From the IMG/VR virus record IMGVR_UViG_3300028886_000001: a DNA stretch of 64,000 bases, one strand, 5' to 3'. This stretch comes from a virus (taxonomy: Duplodnaviria > Caudoviricetes). The notes beneath the pieces are model-generated. The model was given only the letters and a program-made list of their open reading frames with translations, did no database searches and was not told where the DNA came from. Of this stretch, positions 61,788 to 64,000 are shown piece by piece; position 1 is the first letter of the stretch, and every line of letters starts with the position of its first letter. Position numbers and translations under genes: made by a program.

Positions 61788-63119
61788 ACAGTAGATGTTG
61801 AGCTTAATTCTACTTCTGAGAATCCTGTACAAAATAAAGTTATCAATGCTAAATTAGATGAGGTTTTTCAATCTGTCAGTAATGGTAAAACACTGTTAGA
61901 AACAGCTATTACTGACAAAGGTTCATCTGTTTCTAAAGCTGGAGATGTTGCTACATTTGAAGAATTAAAGACTGGTATAGATAATATAAGTACTGGCGTT
62001 TGTGAATTAAATATATTTACTCAAACAACAGAGCCTGCTAATAAAAAAGGTCTATGGTTAAATACTGATAGTACCTTTAACAGGATAGAAAATTATGCTG
62101 AAGCAACTTATGATAATTTTGCTCAAACTATAAACTATCTTGGATATAATAGTGGATTAGCATTTCAATATTCTAAATCTTGTCAAGTAGGGAAATATTG
62201 TTATATCATTGGTGGAAATGGTATAGCAAAAAGAAATTTAAGATATGATATGGAAACCAAAGAAACATCAACAATGGCAGAACTACCTATGGCTCTAGAA
62301 AAGGGTACGGTTTGTACAGATGGTACATATATTTATATAATGTGTGCATCTGATGATCATAAAACAAATTATAAGTATGATATTGCAGCAAACACATATA
62401 CTACTCTACCAAATGGAGTTAATATAGATAGACCTTCATCACAATGTATTAATAATAAGATATATATATTTGGAAACAATGATGATGCTTGCTATATTTA
62501 TGATTTATCAACAAATACAACAACAAAAATGCCTAATATAACATATAACAATATGATAAATAATAGATCTATAACTGTTGGAGATTGTATATACATCATG
62601 TTTGATTATACTAATACAGGTGCATCATATAAATATGATACTACTACAAATACACTTACAGCATTATTAGCCTCTCCATTAAAACATTCTGGAGATGAAG
62701 CTGCTATATTTGAAAAGAATGGTTATATATATGTATTCTCACATGATAATACAGGTATTAATGGGTCTGCAATAAATGTAATATACAGATATGATATAAA
62801 AAATAATAATTATAAAAAACTAAATAAGACAACAACAAATGATAGAGTTTCTTCTGTTCATTCATATTGTTTCTATAATGAAGTATTAACTTGTTTCGAC
62901 GATTTATCAACTTCTTATTCTACTTTTAATCTGAATAAAAATTGTTTATATTTAGATAAATCTGAAGAAACTAATTCTGCATTATTAGTAGAAACACCTT
63001 ATGATTATTTGAATAAAGAAGAAAAGTTTAAAAACTGTTTCTTAACAGATAGTAATGCTTCTAGGGTTTCTTGTGACTCTTATATAGGCAATGGTACTGA
63101 ATGGACTAAAATATCATAA
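61722..63119 (+). CDS. Tail fibre/receptor-binding protein with C-terminal Kelch beta-propeller (paralog 2)
   Basis: Shared anchor, VDVELNSTSENPVQNKV, EVFQSVSNGK; Kelch blades (CYIIGG..RYD, IYIM..YKYD, IYIFG..YIYD). Confidence 0.8.
   Translation: MSDTIKNVRLKDKDGNILHPEITVDVELNSTSENPVQNKVINAKLDEVFQSVSNGKTLLETAITDKGSSVSKAGDVATFEELKTGIDNISTGVCELNIFTQTTEPANKKGLWLNTDSTFNRIENYAEATYDNFAQTINYLGYNSGLAFQYSKSCQVGKYCYIIGGNGIAKRNLRYDMETKETSTMAELPMALEKGTVCTDGTYIYIMCASDDHKTNYKYDIAANTYTTLPNGVNIDRPSSQCINNKIYIFGNNDDACYIYDLSTNTTTKMPNITYNNMINNRSITVGDCIYIMFDYTNTGASYKYDTTTNTLTALLASPLKHSGDEAAIFEKNGYIYVFSHDNTGINGSAINVIYRYDIKNNNYKKLNKTTTNDRVSSVHSYCFYNEVLTCFDDLSTSYSTFNLNKNCLYLDKSEETNSALLVETPYDYLNKEEKFKNCFLTDSNASRVSCDSYIGNGTEWTKIS
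61862..61936 (+). promoter_or_regulatory. Candidate -1 programmed ribosomal frameshift signal (G_GUU_UUU + H-type pseudoknot), copy 1
   Basis: Slip site 61862-68; S1 61874-85/61906-17; S2 61896-905/61927-36; -1 frame stop TAA 61880-82. Confidence 0.75.
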
Positions 63120-63123
63120 TTAC

Positions 63124-63153
63124 ATACCATGATATCATATGATATCATGGTAT
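63124..63153 (+). terminator. Terminator, perfect 30-bp palindrome
   Basis: ATACCATGATATCATATGATATCATGGTAT then CTCTTTT. Confidence 0.75.
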
Positions 63154-63165
63154 CTCTTTTGTCTC

Positions 63166-63271
63166 AACATATCATTGAAATTTATATATAAAGGAGGCAA
63201 TTAATATGAGTGATACAATTAAAAATGTAAGACTTAAAGACAGAACTGGAAATATACTACATCCAGAAATT
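63166..63271 (+). repeat. Fibre-cassette head, copy 3
   Basis: Same promoter/RBS/N-terminal block. Confidence 0.9.
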
Positions 63272-64000
63272 ACAGTAGATACAGAACTTAATTCTACATC
63301 TGAAAATCCAATACAAAATAAAGTAGTAAAGGCAGCATTAGATGCTGCATATAATCCTACAAATAAAGAGGATTTAAATAAAATAGGGCATGATGAAAAA
63401 GGAAATCTTACTTATAATGAAGTAGTAGTCGGTGGAAGTTCTATTACAGTAGATGCAGAACTTAATTCTACTTCAGAGAACCCTGTGCAGAATAAAGTTA
63501 TCAATGCTAAGTTAGATGAGGTTTTTCAATCTGTCAGTAATGGTAAAACAAGAATAGAAACAGCTATTACTGACATGGGAGGAACTGTTTCTAAAAGTGG
63601 CAGTGTAGCTAAAATAGGAGAATTAATCTCTGGTCTTGCTACAGTAGCATCAGCACAAGCGAATATATTTGTTCAAGAAGCTGAACCAGAAACTAAAAAT
63701 GGTTTATGGTTAAAGACATCTAATACTTATGACGATATAGTAAATATAAGTGGTACAGAAAACACTATTACTTATACTAAAATGACAGACATACCACGTA
63801 ATTTTTGTAATGGTTCTGCTGTAGCTGTTGGTAATGATATATACATTCTTGGTGGTAATGATAGTCCAACTATTAATTATAAATATGATACCACTACTAA
63901 TACTTATACACAAATGACAGGTATACCATATGGATTTTATTATGGTTCTGCTATAGCTATAGGTAATGATATATATTTATTAGGTGGAGCTGATAGTAAT
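63206..64000 (+). CDS. Tail fibre/receptor-binding protein with Kelch repeats (paralog 3; runs off window, not in ORF track)
   Basis: Manual translation MSDTIKNVRLKDRTGNILHPEITVDTELNSTSENP...EVFQSVSNGK...AVGNDIYILGG...YKYD...AIGNDIYLLGG; AAGGAGG RBS; frame open to 64000. Confidence 0.88.
   Translation, partial: MSDTIKNVRLKDRTGNILHPEITVDTELNSTSENPIQNKVVKAALDAAYNPTNKEDLNKIGHDEKGNLTYNEVVVGGSSITVDAELNSTSENPVQNKVINAKLDEVFQSVSNGKTRIETAITDMGGTVSKSGSVAKIGELISGLATVASAQANIFVQEAEPETKNGLWLKTSNTYDDIVNISGTENTITYTKMTDIPRNFCNGSAVAVGNDIYILGGNDSPTINYKYDTTTNTYTQMTGIPYGFYYGSAIAIGNDIYLLGGADSN
63520..63593 (+). promoter_or_regulatory. Candidate -1 programmed ribosomal frameshift signal, copy 2
   Basis: Slip site 63520-26; S1 63532-43/63564-75; S2 63555-63/63585-93; -1 frame stop TAA 63538-40. 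Confidence 0.75.

Noticed and set aside
61863-61891. Imperfect palindrome GTTTTTCAAT-N9-ATGGTAAAAC as a site-specific recombinase/shufflon site
   Set aside because: No recombinase or inverted cassettes in the window; the pseudoknot explains more of the conserved positions, including those downstream
3289-63913. Short antisense or alternate-frame ORFs in the track (e.g. 3289, 7985, 42862, 43097, 53608, 63710)
   Set aside because: They overlap well-supported genes, lack evident RBS or promoters, and have shadow-like composition
59273-64000. Diversity-generating retroelement acting on fibre genes
   Set aside because: No reverse transcriptase seen, and differences between repeats are not adenine-specific
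1-64000. Phage nucleus genes (chimallin, PhuZ)
   Set aside because: No recognisable tubulin signature or chimallin candidate by eye in this window; the rest of the genome is unseen

Overview
Very AT-rich, gene-dense segment of a jumbo myophage of the phiKZ/AR9(PBS1)-related group. The host is most likely a Clostridium-like Firmicute (strong AAGGAGG RBSs, Firmicute-type amidases). The window encodes two separate beta'-derived subunits of phage multisubunit RNA polymerases, a stand-alone PolB-like palm, DnaB and Dda/RecD-like helicases, an SbcD nuclease, a PD-(D/E)XK nuclease, a two-subunit type IIA topoisomerase and the terminase large subunit. It also has baseplate/tail-fibre genes, two amidases, holin-like proteins, a GH13 alpha-amylase, a Tad2-family (DUF2829) protein, a pentapeptide-repeat protein and an HNH homing endonuclease. 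Two phage promoter classes are readable directly: an early-type AATTRTATATTAT box (10 sites) and an AR9-type late AACA-N6-TR box (24 sites). The most striking unannotated signal lies in two paralogous Kelch-tipped tail-fibre genes at the right end. Each carries an in-frame G_GUU_UUU slippery site, a 5-nt spacer and a conserved H-type pseudoknot, with a stop four codons into the -1 frame. This is a candidate programmed frameshift that would make short anchor-only chains alongside full-length propeller-bearing chains. All calls are by-eye motif recognition; no searches or folding programs were run.
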